Positions 49,778 to 59,613 of a stretch of DNA of 64,000 nt are shown piece after piece. A program made the position numbers and the translations under genes. The stretch comes from Lysobacterales bacterium (GTDB lineage Bacteria; Pseudomonadota; Gammaproteobacteria; Xanthomonadales; SZUA-5), in assembly GCA_022844165.1 (NCBI GenBank), contig JALHMH010000015.1, positions 40,529-104,528 on the forward strand, in the 5' to 3' direction. The notes under the pieces are model-generated. The model saw only the letters and a list, made by a program, of their open reading frames with translations, did no database searches and was not told where the DNA came from. Position 1 is the stretch's first letter, and each line of letters begins with the position of its first letter.

Positions 49778-50218
49778 TCAATCCTGGAACTTCTGGCGAC
49801 AGGCCCATCTGATCTCGCTAACTGCCTCTTTAGTCATGCCGGACTTGATGTACTTCAAGTAGCAGTCAGCGCGTGTGTGCGGTTTCGCAGCAATCCATGC
49901 CGGAACCGCCAGCGTAACAACAAGCGCCACGACAAGCGCCGTTCTCATCAGGAATGAATTCGGGCCACTGAGTCGAGCTGGAGCCGACAGCAGTATGACT
50001 GCACTCACGCTGGCAACGAAAAGCCAGCCAATCGGGCGTGGATAGCGTTTCCAGCCTGCCCCGAGTTCGAAGAGCCATCCTGAAGCCCCGGCAACCTGTG
50101 CTTCGTACGTTGCGAGCGTAATGGCTGCCCACACCCAAAGCACAACGAGCAGATTGCGCGGCTCACGCAATGCCTTCAAGGTAGCTGCGAACCAGTTTTT
50201 AGGTGTTGGCGAGGTCAC
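49778..50218 (-). CDS. Hypothetical membrane protein (3 TM)
   Basis: Three hydrophobic segments, C-terminal Cys pair; AGGTGG RBS. Confidence 0.6.
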   Translation of the reverse strand: MTSPTPKNWFAATLKALREPRNLLVVLWVWAAITLATYEAQVAGASGWLFELGAGWKRYPRPIGWLFVASVSAVILLSAPARLSGPNSFLMRTALVVALVVTLAVPAWIAAKPHTRADCYLKYIKSGMTKEAVSEIRWACRQKFQD

Positions 50219-50289
50219 CGATTCCCACCTTGGAATAGCCGCGTCCGACGAGCAATATCATAGCGCTTACGTTTCGGAGTTGATGTCGA

Positions 50290-50670
50290 ATGGCTATTCG
50301 ATACGACCATCTTTGCTCGTGGATCGCGCGCGCCGCAATGTGCCTTGTAGTGGTCCTACTGCTTGGTTGCGAGACGGCCGAAAATCGAGCAGCGCGCGAA
50401 GCCGAAAAGGCGGCGCGAATGGCCCTCGAAGAAGCCGAGTCGGAGGCGCGGGAACGTGCTTGGCGAGAGGAGGAAGCACGCGCAGAGCAACAGGTTCAGT
50501 CTGATATCGCTGCCTGCTCAACAGTCGCAGATGCCACGCGGTGCGAAGAGGCTTTCTGGTGCCGCGCCAATCCCGAGCAGTGTGTAGAGGAATTCGGAGA
50601 CCCAGACTACTTCATCGACCAAGCTATCGACAGCATGGGCGAAGACTATGGCGATGACTACGGAAGGTAG
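50290..50670 (+). CDS. Hypothetical lipoprotein
   Basis: LLLGC lipobox, coiled coil, four Cys, acidic tail. Confidence 0.6.
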   Translation: MAIRYDHLCSWIARAAMCLVVVLLLGCETAENRAAREAEKAARMALEEAESEARERAWREEEARAEQQVQSDIAACSTVADATRCEEAFWCRANPEQCVEEFGDPDYFIDQAIDSMGEDYGDDYGR

Positions 50671-50758
50671 GAAGTCGCCGAGAAACACCGCAGGCCGATT
50701 TACCGCGTGTCGCCCCTGGGCGATATCATCGACCGAGCGCATACAGTCGGGGGGCGAC

Positions 50759-51451
50759 ATGGCGTTTTGGAGATGCTTTGCGATCTTGTCGATGGGCTTT
50801 CTCGCTTCTTGCGCAACCATCGATGTTGGGGTGAGTAGCTACAACTCTGGGCGCTATGACGAGGCGTACGACACGTTCCAACAATGTGCGCAGGAAGGTG
50901 AGCCGGCGTGCTACTACAACATGGCCCTGATGCACGAAAACGGAACTGCTCCCCGTGGAGGACGGCGCCACGCCGCAATCGAGTATTACAAGCTGGCGGC
51001 CAGGTACGGCGTACCCGCCGCTCAGTCCGCACTAATCAGGCTGGGGGAGGAGGTTCCTGACGCCGATCTTCAAGGCGCATATGAACTGCGCCGATTAGAG
51101 CAACAAGCCGCTCAGAATCGGGCCTTCTCGCAACTTGGTTGTGCCTTAGGCGGCGGAACCGATTGCTATGCGTCGCCAAGTTCGAGTACGGCTCGCGTTG
51201 TCGAAGATCGTGTTGACTGCTATCGAGATTCGCAGTGCGGGACGGGGGAAACATGTGTGCGGCCCGAGGGTACGTACGGTGCCGGGCAATGTGCAACCCT
51301 AGTGAACGAGTACGGCGTCCGAGACTACTCGCCTGGAACCGGTGGCGTTCGAGACGTGAAAGCATGCACCTACGATGGCGACTGCTCGATTGGATTTCGA
51401 TGTTCGAAGAGAGGCGCCTATCAAGGCGTCTGCATAAAGAGCCGAAGGTGA
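50759..51451 (+). CDS. Sel1-repeat lipoprotein with Cys-rich C-terminal repeats
   Basis: LASC lipobox; Sel1-like (ACYYNMALMHENG...AIEYYKLAARYG); two CxxDxxCxxGxxC modules. Confidence 0.7.
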   Translation: MAFWRCFAILSMGFLASCATIDVGVSSYNSGRYDEAYDTFQQCAQEGEPACYYNMALMHENGTAPRGGRRHAAIEYYKLAARYGVPAAQSALIRLGEEVPDADLQGAYELRRLEQQAAQNRAFSQLGCALGGGTDCYASPSSSTARVVEDRVDCYRDSQCGTGETCVRPEGTYGAGQCATLVNEYGVRDYSPGTGGVRDVKACTYDGDCSIGFRCSKRGAYQGVCIKSRR

Positions 51452-51752
51452 ACTCTCGCCGCCGCAAGTGACAATCGGGGATCGATCGTACTCAGCCAGT
51501 TGCGGCCGACACCGTCAGATTCGTCTGCGCTTGTGTAGAAGGCAGGGAGGGAAGGCCGCTCTATTTTCCCTGCGCATCGCGCGCGCACGCGCGCGTACTG
51601 TTCGAGGAACTGTCGCCCTCCCATCGTCGACTGCGTTCGTTCTGCGGTTGACGTGGGCCATCGAAACCGGCAAGAGTGCGCGCATGCCATCGCTGCCCAT
51701 CGCATTGCAATGTATGGCTAAGAATATGGTAAGCGCTGACGGCGAGAACAAA

Positions 51753-51782
51753 AAAGCCCAAGCTTTCAAAGGCTTGGGCTTT
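51753..51782. terminator. Bidirectional intrinsic terminator-like hairpin
   Basis: AAAGCCCAAGC-8nt-GCTTGGGCTTT with A/T tails. Confidence 0.7.
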
Positions 51783-51787
51783 GTTGA

Positions 51788-51918
51788 TGGCGGAGAGGGT
51801 GGGATTGCGCGGGCCATCCATGGCCCGCGTCCCTTCGGGACTCGCATTCGCTCGCGCCCTCTCGGCATCCTGCCTCCGGGTCGAACCCGATGGGTTCTTC
51901 ATCCCACCCTCGCCGCCA
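51788..51918. repeat. tRNA-Ser 3'-end-derived palindromic element / att site
   Basis: TGGCGGAGAGGGTGGGATT (51788-51806) is identical to 51950-51968; an inverted near-copy lies at 51901-51918. Confidence 0.8.
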
Positions 51919-51923
51919 ATAAC

Positions 51924-51945
51924 AAAGCCGCCCAGAGGCGGCTTT
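51924..51945 (-). terminator. Terminator downstream of tRNA-Ser
   Basis: AAAGCCGCCCAGAGGCGGCTTT hairpin immediately 3' of the tRNA. Confidence 0.7.
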
Positions 51946-51949
51946 GAAT

Positions 51950-52040
51950 TGGCGGAGAGGGTGGGATTCGAACCCACGTTACGGCGGAACCGTAAACCGG
52001 ATTTCGAATCCGGCGCATTCGACCACTCTGCCACCTCTCC
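51950..52040 (-). tRNA. tRNA-Ser (CGA)
   Basis: Reverse complement GGAGAGGTGGCAGAGTGGTCGAATGCG-CCGGATTCGAAATCCGG-long variable arm-GTGGGTTCGAATCCCAC-CCTCTCCGCCA. Confidence 0.97.
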
Positions 52041-52496
52041 ATAAAGGGCGTGAATCGAAGGGGGCGGAGCATACGGAATGGGTTGCGGCAGGACAAGCAA
52101 GTTGCAGTTCGTGGGGTCTGCAAGCTCATTCACGTCGCTTGGGGCGGAGGATCGCCGGGATGAAAGTGCCAGATTCGGTGCCTGTGAGATTTTGCGAGAA
52201 TTGGCGCGGTGTTCGTTTCGTCCTTGAGGTATTTCTGCACGGGGACGCCCAAAAAAGCCCACTTTGGCCCCGGCAAAACGTTGAATTTTGCGTTTACGGG
52301 CGGGTGGTTTCGTGGTTATGTTGGACACGTGTGTTGCAAGCGCATTGCGCGCACGGCATCCTATCGGTGAACGGGGGAGGTAGAACGTTTGCTCAACTTC
52401 AAACTATTGCAGCCAGAACCTCATTGCGCGGCCCTTACGCAGGCGTCTTCACGTGACCTTCGCTGAAACCTTCTCTCACCGCATGTGCCGACGCTC

Positions 52497-53195
52497 ATGA
52501 TTGAATTCGGTCACGGAACTCACACTGGCTTGCGGCGTGAGCACAATGAAGACACCTATTGCGCCGATCCGGATATGGGTCTGTGGCTGGTCGCAGACGG
52601 CATGGGTGGCCACGAACACGGTGAAGTCGCCAGTGCGCTTGCGCGCGACGTTGTGATCCGCGAAGTCAATCGCGGTAAGTCACTCGCGGATGCGATTCAG
52701 CTGGCGGATGAAGAGATCATTCGCCATTCGAACGAAAAGCGTAGCGAGCGGCCGATGGGGACTACCGTCGCAGCTGTGCGGGTTAATAACAACAACTACG
52801 AAGTTGCCTGGGTCGGCGATAGTCGTGTGTACTTCTGGAACGGTTCGCTGCGCCAGGTGTCGCAGGATCACTCGTATGTACAAGAGTTGATCGACCAGGG
52901 TGCTATCAGCCCGGCGCAAGCTCGTACGCACCCGCATCGCAATGTGGTTACGCAAGCGTTGGGCGTCACCTTGCCGGATCAGCTCAAGATCGAGACGTTG
53001 CGTGGGAGCCTGGCAACGGGTCAGGCGCTATTGGTCTGCAGCGACGGCCTGACCGAAGAGGTCGACGATCAGTTGATCGGCGAGATCTTAAATCGCGGCT
53101 TGAGTGCGCAGGAGACGGTCGATCACCTCATTCTTGCGGCGCTGGACCACGGCGGTTCGGACAACATCACGGTTCTGCTCGTCCGCTGCAGCTAA
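52497..53195 (+). CDS. PP2C-family Ser/Thr protein phosphatase
   Basis: G.RR..NED, VADGMGGH, MGTT, VGDSR.Y, CSDGL, GGSDNIT. Confidence 0.95.
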   Translation: MIEFGHGTHTGLRREHNEDTYCADPDMGLWLVADGMGGHEHGEVASALARDVVIREVNRGKSLADAIQLADEEIIRHSNEKRSERPMGTTVAAVRVNNNNYEVAWVGDSRVYFWNGSLRQVSQDHSYVQELIDQGAISPAQARTHPHRNVVTQALGVTLPDQLKIETLRGSLATGQALLVCSDGLTEEVDDQLIGEILNRGLSAQETVDHLILAALDHGGSDNITVLLVRCS

Positions 53196-53198
53196 GCG

Positions 53199-53915
53199 AT
53201 GCGCCTGCATGCCTGGATGGCGTTGCTGATGCCTTTGGCGGCGTTCGCAATGTTCCAGTCGGGCCCGATGCTGATCTCCATGGCCAAAGCGCGAACGAGT
53301 TTTAGCGTCGATGAGCGGGTAGCACAATTTGGTCCTGCCGTTCGCGAGCGAGTGGCGTCTTCTTTCACCGATGCCGGTATCGACTATCCACCCAGGCGAC
53401 TGGCATTCCTGGCCTTTAAAGATGAGCGGATCCTCGAGGTGTACGCGCGTTCGTCGGACATTGATGTCTGGCGCCGTGTCCGGCGCTATCCCATTTTGGG
53501 TATGAGTGGTTCGCTCGGCCCAAAGACGCGCGAAGGTGACCTGCAGGTACCAGAGGGGGTTTATCGCTCGGAATTTTTGAACGCCAATAGCCGTTTTCAT
53601 CTGTCGATACGCGTCAACTACCCCAATGCGGAAGATCGTGCCATTGCGGCGCGCGAAGAGCGTGAGCGACTCGGCGGCGACATCATGATTCATGGCAGCG
53701 ATGTGTCGATCGGTTGCCTTGCAATGGGCGATGAAGTTGCCGAGGATCTGTTCGTACTGGCGGCTGGCGCGACGGCTGAGCCGTTGGCAATTCTGATCGC
53801 GCCGGTGGATTTTCGTCAGCGGGCTTTCCAGGCACCAGCCGACGCACCGGGTTGGTGGGAACAGCGTTACGCCACGCTCCGCGAAGCGCTCCAGGCCTTT
53901 CCGGTGCTGCCGTGA
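53199..53915 (+). CDS. L,D-transpeptidase family protein (YafK/DpaA-like)
   Basis: GPK.REGD.QVPEG.Y, YPN, IMIHG..VSIGC.AM. Confidence 0.9.
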   Translation: MRLHAWMALLMPLAAFAMFQSGPMLISMAKARTSFSVDERVAQFGPAVRERVASSFTDAGIDYPPRRLAFLAFKDERILEVYARSSDIDVWRRVRRYPILGMSGSLGPKTREGDLQVPEGVYRSEFLNANSRFHLSIRVNYPNAEDRAIAAREERERLGGDIMIHGSDVSIGCLAMGDEVAEDLFVLAAGATAEPLAILIAPVDFRQRAFQAPADAPGWWEQRYATLREALQAFPVLP

Positions 53916-54847
53916 ACTGTATCTCCGAGGTTCGTTCGGTTTCCATTGGCGTGCGTGAACTGGATCGAAGCCTGGCGTTTTATCGCGAAGCGCTGGGTTA
54001 TCGATTGATCGAGCGTATGCCGATCGATCCGCCACTGGCGCGTTGGTTGCGGATGCCTTGCGGCGGCGAATGCGCGGTGATCGCAGCAGACGGCAGCGGG
54101 CTGGGCCGATTGCGTCTGGTGGCCAGCGACCTGCCCGGCGATCCGCTTTGGACAGCGGAAAACGTGCTCAGCGCCAGTGGTTTCTATGCGCTGAATTTTC
54201 GTGCTCGCGATGTACACGCGTTGTTGCCTCGGATATTGGCTGCGGGCGGAAGTGGTCCGGCGCATCCGAGCCATTGGGAGGTGAGCGAGGCGATCGCGGT
54301 CGACGATTCGATCACGCTCGACCCGGATGGTCATCGCCTGGACATATTTGCCTACACGCGCGGAGCAGAGTTGCGTGGCGCTTTGAATACGGACGTCAGC
54401 GTGCTGCAGACGATCGCACTGGCGACGCGCAATCTGCCACGATCCCGTCGGTTCTATGAGGCGCTTGGTTTCCAGATGTTGTTCGATCGCGTCCTGGATT
54501 TCGATGAGTTATCGACGCTGCTCGGTGTGGCCGGGCCGGTGCGAATCCACAACGTCAACTTGATGAAGGACGGCGCAATCGTACCGGGTCGCGTCGAGAT
54601 GTTTGCGTACCTGGATGTTGAGCATTTGCCTGAGGTGCCGCTGGCGCAACGCGCGCACCCGCCGCACATCGGGATTCATGCGATGACGTTTCACACAGGC
54701 GATTTGATCGCCGCCCGAGCGCTCTTCGAGCGTGCCGGTGCTTCGCTTCAGTTGGCGATGGATGTGCGTTTGCCGGGGCTCGGAAACTGTGCCGGGCTGC
54801 TGTTTCACGGTCCCGACGGTGAGGCGATCGAGGTGGTACGTACCTAG
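53912..54847 (+). CDS. VOC (glyoxalase/bleomycin resistance) family protein, two-domain
   Basis: V..LDRSLAFY...LG, DPDG, second repeat ending GPDGE.IE. Confidence 0.85.
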   Translation: MNCISEVRSVSIGVRELDRSLAFYREALGYRLIERMPIDPPLARWLRMPCGGECAVIAADGSGLGRLRLVASDLPGDPLWTAENVLSASGFYALNFRARDVHALLPRILAAGGSGPAHPSHWEVSEAIAVDDSITLDPDGHRLDIFAYTRGAELRGALNTDVSVLQTIALATRNLPRSRRFYEALGFQMLFDRVLDFDELSTLLGVAGPVRIHNVNLMKDGAIVPGRVEMFAYLDVEHLPEVPLAQRAHPPHIGIHAMTFHTGDLIAARALFERAGASLQLAMDVRLPGLGNCAGLLFHGPDGEAIEVVRT

Positions 54848-55073
54848 CGAGGTTTTGCCTCAGACCGACCAGCATTGCTGGCTTCATCCTAAAGCGTACT
54901 CACCACAACCCCGCGCTTCGCATTTCCGGCCCAGCGGCGCAGCCGCCGGGCGTTCGACTCGGCACACGCCTGCGGCGCGTCAGCGCCGAGTCTCACCCCC
55001 GTAACTTAAGGGGCTGCTAAAGCCAATGCCGCTCCGCAGAAAATTTGACTCAAATGTACAGATCCGGCTCCGT
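54847..55073 (-). repeat. ~227 bp hairpin-rich dispersed repeat, copy 2
   Basis: Reverse complement of 24214-24439 with scattered substitutions; abuts the VOC stop codon. Confidence 0.9.
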
Positions 55074-55400
55074 CGAGCGGGTGATCGGATCTGCGTCAGG
55101 CCAAATTTCACCGGAGATTGAGTCCAGTTGCTTTGGGGGCCACTCAGGACCGCCTGCTTCCGTTCACCTGCGTTTGTTCGAATTCTGAGCGGCAGGCATC
55201 TACAGATCAGGCACTTAAGTTAGTGTTTCCGGGCAGGTCTCTCTTTTTCGGCAGGTTTCGCTTAACCAGGTGCCGGGCGGTCACCCCCTTTAGACGCTTG
55301 CCCGTGTCATGCGCCGCTGTTATACAAGCGGGCTGATTTCGCGCGGTTTGGATGCGTCCGTCAACCGTATCGCGCCTTTTGCCAGGAGAGTTGTATCCCG

Positions 55401-56015
55401 ATGGCCACCAAAGCCAAAGCAAAAATCGAAGCCGCGCCCCAATCGATGGCGGAGTCGAAGGTCAAGAATCTGCCACACGCTCAGAGCGCAAAAGTTGAAG
55501 CATCCAGAACCGAACCCAAAGCAAAAACGCCTTTGAAAAGTAAGGCCGACGGCCCATCGTCGGTGAGTGCGGCCGATTTGCCGTTGCCGGAAGGTTACGT
55601 TCCTCGCGTCGAATTGCCCAAAGGGTATCGACCCTCCTCGAAAGAGGAGTACATGAGCGATCAACACCTTGAGTACTTTCGACGGAAGCTGTTGATTTGG
55701 CGCCAGGAATTGATCGACGAGTCGCAGCAGACCATTGAGAATCTGCGCGACGAGGTTCGCGATGTTGGCGACGAAGCCGAGCGTGCCACGCGTGAGACCG
55801 AGAACTCGCTGGAACTGCGCACCCGAGATCGTTATCGCAAATTGATCGGGAAGATCGACAAAGGGCTACGACGCATCGAAGATGGGCGCTACGGCTACTG
55901 CGAAGAGACCGACGAAGAGATTGGCGTCGAGCGTTTAGAGGCGAGGCCCATCGCTACGCTTTGTCTGGATGCGCAAGAGCGCTGGGAACATCGCCAGCGG
56001 CAAATGGGCGACTGA
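55401..56015 (+). CDS. dksA: RNA polymerase-binding transcription factor DksA
   Basis: EEYM...L.YFR, LELRTRDRYRKLI.KI, YGYCEET..IG..RL.ARP.A.LC. Confidence 0.95.
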   Translation: MATKAKAKIEAAPQSMAESKVKNLPHAQSAKVEASRTEPKAKTPLKSKADGPSSVSAADLPLPEGYVPRVELPKGYRPSSKEEYMSDQHLEYFRRKLLIWRQELIDESQQTIENLRDEVRDVGDEAERATRETENSLELRTRDRYRKLIGKIDKGLRRIEDGRYGYCEETDEEIGVERLEARPIATLCLDAQERWEHRQRQMGD

Positions 56016-56024
56016 TGCAAGCAT

Positions 56025-56048
56025 AGGCGGCTTCGGCCGCCTTGTTTG
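56025..56048 (+). terminator. Intrinsic terminator after dksA
   Basis: AGGCGGC-TTCG-GCCGCCT followed by TGTTTG. Confidence 0.75.
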
Positions 56049-56074
56049 TCCATTGGGCTGACTGCGATGGCAGC

Positions 56075-56293
56075 CTAACGCGAAATTCGCAACTGTTCGT
56101 TCGGTGTGATCACGCCGGTATAGATGCCGAGCATGATCAATACAATCAGCAGGATCGAAAGCCCGATTCGCCACGTCAGAGCTTTCACTACGCGATCGGA
56201 CTTGCTCTGATCGGTGAGCATGTAATAGCAGCCGGCGCCTAAGTTATAGACGATAAATCCCAAGAACAAGATGATGCCGAGCTTGACCAGCAC
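56075..56293 (-). CDS. Twin transmembrane helix small protein (DUF2909-like)
   Basis: Two TMs, VKALTWRIGLS; divergent from SURF1, as in cox clusters. Confidence 0.85.
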   Translation of the reverse strand: MLVKLGIILFLGFIVYNLGAGCYYMLTDQSKSDRVVKALTWRIGLSILLIVLIMLGIYTGVITPNEQLRISR

Positions 56294-56361
56294 GGGCGGC
56301 TCCACGGCGCACAGACGCAAGACCGGTTAGTTTACGCGCTCCTTTGCATAGATATCGTCAC

Positions 56362-57042
56362 GTGAGTCGAGCGCGTTTTTGGGCATACACGATGGTGGCA
56401 CTTGCGGTGGCGGCGGGTCTTGCCAGTCTCGGTGCCTGGCAATTGCGTCGTGCGCAATTCAAGACCGAACTCCTGGACCGAATCGCAAGCGCAGAACGCT
56501 CACCAGTCGCGGCGTTTTCCATGACGAACGCGGAGCATTTTCGCAATGTGATCGTGACCGGCGATTGGATTGCCGCGCGCGCCCTGGCACTCGACAATCA
56601 GCTTCAGCAAGGACGTCCTGGTGTGCGTTGGTATGTACCGATAAAAACGACGCAAGGATCGATTTTGTTGGTCGACCTTGGATGGCAGATGCGGAGCGAT
56701 CGGAGTGTTCCGTTGACGTTGCCGCCTTTACCTGACGGCGAATTGAGTGGCGTACTTCTGCCGCCGCCTGGGGCTGGGCTGATGCTCGGCGCGGATGCGC
56801 CGGGATGGCCAAAGTTGGTCACACGCCTGGATTTCGCACAACTTGAACCTTATTTCGACGCGCCGCTGCTAAACTCGGTGCTGGAACTCAAAAACGCTCA
56901 AAGCCCGTCAATCCGTGCAGAACTGCTGCCGCCAGAACGCCATCGCGGCTATGCGGTGCAGTGGTTCGGACTCTCACTGGCGGTACTGGTCATCTATCTC
57001 ACGCTCGCTCTTCGCGGGCGCAGAAAGTCTCACTCGCAATGA
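56362..57042 (+). CDS. SURF1 family cytochrome oxidase biogenesis protein
   Basis: LG.WQL.RA, LDN, LVDLGW, H.GYAVQWF. Confidence 0.9.
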   Translation: MSRARFWAYTMVALAVAAGLASLGAWQLRRAQFKTELLDRIASAERSPVAAFSMTNAEHFRNVIVTGDWIAARALALDNQLQQGRPGVRWYVPIKTTQGSILLVDLGWQMRSDRSVPLTLPPLPDGELSGVLLPPPGAGLMLGADAPGWPKLVTRLDFAQLEPYFDAPLLNSVLELKNAQSPSIRAELLPPERHRGYAVQWFGLSLAVLVIYLTLALRGRRKSHSQ

Positions 57043-57551
57043 ACAAGAAACTTCAACTGATCCTGATAGCGTTAGCCTTTGCGGCGCCTGCTGCGATTGC
57101 GCTGTTGTTGCAGACCCCGCTATTCCATTGGAACCCTGCGACAACCAAGAATCACGGCGAGTTGTTGCGCCCGGCTGTGCAACTGGCCCAGAACGAAACG
57201 CTGAAGAAGCTCCTCGCCGATGGTGAGCATTGGACCTTGCTGTTGATTCCACCCGACGTATGCGACTCAGGATGCGAGCGCAGGCTTGCGTTGCTGCATC
57301 GTGTGCGCGAAGCGCAAGGGCGGCGTATGGAACGACTCCACTTGCGCGTTCTGAACGATTCGGTGAATCCCTGGACCGAATCGTTGACTGGCGATGCCAG
57401 TTGGCCGCAAGTGCTCGGCCTTGAACCCGGTGGATTGGTACTGATCGATCCCGATGGGTTCGCCATGATGCGCTATCGACCGGATGCCGATCCCACCCAC
57501 GTGCGCAAGGACCTCGCGCATTTGTTGAAATGGTCGGAGAGCGGACGATGA
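57039..57551 (+). CDS. Cox-cluster membrane-anchored thioredoxin/SCO-like protein
   Basis: N-terminal TM, N.GELL.P, CDSGC, LIDP.G..MM.Y; between SURF1 and COX15. Confidence 0.75.
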   Translation: MNKKLQLILIALAFAAPAAIALLLQTPLFHWNPATTKNHGELLRPAVQLAQNETLKKLLADGEHWTLLLIPPDVCDSGCERRLALLHRVREAQGRRMERLHLRVLNDSVNPWTESLTGDASWPQVLGLEPGGLVLIDPDGFAMMRYRPDADPTHVRKDLAHLLKWSESGR

Positions 57552-58672
57552 TGGCGCGCTTTCGATTGTTGGCCTGGTTTGCCGTGGCCATCACATTATG
57601 TGTGATCGCACTCGGCGCCTACGTGCGCTTGTCGCACGCCGGACTGGGTTGCCCGGACTGGCCGGGTTGTTATGGGCACGCCACATGGCCCAATGCGAGC
57701 GATGAGATCGCCGCGGCGAACGCAGCTTTCACTGAGCGCGCGGTCGAGGTGCCGAAAGCATGGCGGGAAATGGTGCACCGGTTTTTGGCCGGCGGGCTGG
57801 GGCTGTTGGTATTCGCGCTCGCCTGGATGGGCAGCCGCGATCGCCCGAATGTGCGCATCGCGATTGTGGCGTCGGCTTTTTTGGCGATCGCGGCGATGGC
57901 CAGTTACACCGTGCAGTGGCGCACATTCGCGTTGTTGCCTGCGGCTGCCGCGATCGTTCTACCGATCATCGCTGCGTGGCGACTCGATGCACCAACGCCA
58001 CATCGCGTTGCGGTAGCCACGCTCGGTGTCATTATTTTTCAGGCGCTACTTGGCAAGTGGACCGTCACCTTGCAGCTTAAGCCCATCATCGTCACCGCGC
58101 ATCTGCTGGGCGGGATGACCACTTTTGCGCTGCTCGTGTGGGCGGCGTTGCAGAGCGAAGCGCGTTGGAAACGGGGTCGCACTGTGTCTGTCGGATTCGC
58201 CACCGTCGCGTTGGTCGTTGTTGCATTGCAGATATTTCTTGGCGGCTGGGTGTCGACCAATTACGCGGCGCTGTCATGCCCGGAGTTCCCGACGTGTCTG
58301 GGTCGTTGGTGGCAGGGTGAAGGTCTGGCCGAGGGATTCGTACTTTTTCGTGAGATCGGCGTCAATTACGAAGGCGGAATACTGGATGGTTCAGCGCGCG
58401 CGGCGATTCACATGATGCATCGCTGGGGCGCGTTGCTGACCACGCTGGTTGTCGGCGTTTTAGCGCTGCGTCTATGGATGATTGGTGCCAGGGGATTGGC
58501 CACAGCGCTCGGCGCTGTCCTGGCGCTGCAGATCGCGCTTGGCATCGCCAACGTGGTTTTGAGTCTGCCGCTGCCGGTCGCGACGGCGCACAACGGTGTT
58601 GCCGCCATTTTGTTGGGTTGCGTCATCGTCGTACTGCATCGCGCCCGCCAGGCGACCGAACGCGCGTTATGA
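57548..58672 (+). CDS. ctaA: Heme A synthase (COX15/CtaA)
   Basis: [24 protein letters not shown]. Confidence 0.93.
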   Translation: MMARFRLLAWFAVAITLCVIALGAYVRLSHAGLGCPDWPGCYGHATWPNASDEIAAANAAFTERAVEVPKAWREMVHRFLAGGLGLLVFALAWMGSRDRPNVRIAIVASAFLAIAAMASYTVQWRTFALLPAAAAIVLPIIAAWRLDAPTPHRVAVATLGVIIFQALLGKWTVTLQLKPIIVTAHLLGGMTTFALLVWAALQSEARWKRGRTVSVGFATVALVVVALQIFLGGWVSTNYAALSCPEFPTCLGRWWQGEGLAEGFVLFREIGVNYEGGILDGSARAAIHMMHRWGALLTTLVVGVLALRLWMIGARGLATALGAVLALQIALGIANVVLSLPLPVATAHNGVAAILLGCVIVVLHRARQATERAL

Positions 58673-59586
58673 ATGCGGCACTCGAAACCTTCAACGATTT
58701 TTGGGCGCTGACGAAGCCCAAGGTGGTAGCACTGATCGTTTTCACGGCCATTGTCGGGATGTTTCTGGCGCGCCCCGAGTTGCCGTCGATCAAAGTGCTG
58801 GTGTTGGGTGGTCTGGGAATCTATCTGGCTGCTGCGGGTGCGGCGGCCATCAATCAGATTCTGGATGCGCGTATCGATGCGCAAATGGCCCGCACGATGT
58901 ATCGGCCGCTGCCGCGGGCGAGGCTTACAGAGAAGCAAGCGCTGACATTTGCGTTGATTCTCGCCGGCATCAGCATGGCGATCCTGGTGCTGTTCGTAAA
59001 CACACTGACGGCCGTGTTGACGTTTGCCTCATTGATCGGCTACGCCGTGATTTACACCCTGTTCCTGAAACGCGCCACGCCGCAGAACATCGTTATTGGT
59101 GGCGCTGCTGGTGCTGCGCCGCCCGTTCTGGGCTGGACCGCGGTCACCGACTCGCTCGATCCGCATGCGCTGTTGCTGTTTTTGATCATCTTCATATGGA
59201 CACCACCGCACTTCTGGGCCCTGGCGATATTTCGCCGCGAGGACTACGCAAAAGTATCGATCCCGATGCTGCCAATCACGCACGGGGTTGAGGTCACGCG
59301 CTGGCACATTCTGCTGTACACGGTTCTGCTGCTGATGGTGACGCTGTTGCCCTACTTGACCGGCATGTCGGGGCTGTTTTACCTGGGTGGCGCGGTCGTG
59401 CTTGGCGTCGGATTCTTGTATTACGCCGTGCGTTTGATGCGGCCTCCCGATGAGCTTTTCGCGTACAAAACCTTCGGCTACTCGATCATCTATCTGGCCG
59501 CGCTCTTTGGGTTCTTACTGGTCGACCACTACTTGCCGCAGCCGCGTTTCGGACCGGTGCCCATGGTGCTTGAGCGAACCAGCTGA
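58669..59586 (+). CDS. cyoE: Heme O synthase (protoheme IX farnesyltransferase)
   Basis: [34 protein letters not shown]. Confidence 0.96.
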   Translation: MNAALETFNDFWALTKPKVVALIVFTAIVGMFLARPELPSIKVLVLGGLGIYLAAAGAAAINQILDARIDAQMARTMYRPLPRARLTEKQALTFALILAGISMAILVLFVNTLTAVLTFASLIGYAVIYTLFLKRATPQNIVIGGAAGAAPPVLGWTAVTDSLDPHALLLFLIIFIWTPPHFWALAIFRREDYAKVSIPMLPITHGVEVTRWHILLYTVLLLMVTLLPYLTGMSGLFYLGGAVVLGVGFLYYAVRLMRPPDELFAYKTFGYSIIYLAALFGFLLVDHYLPQPRFGPVPMVLERTS

Positions 59587-59613
59587 AGATGCGTTTTCGG
59601 AGCAATGAGGTCC

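Larger units (their letters stand above)
46250..51806. mobile_element. Decayed phage-satellite-like integrative element adjacent to tRNA-Ser; left boundary approximate
   Basis: Integrase stub, AlpA-like and HTH genes, unknown ORFs, and a 19 bp copy of the tRNA-Ser 3' end at 51788-51806; no matching left att seen. Confidence 0.7.
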
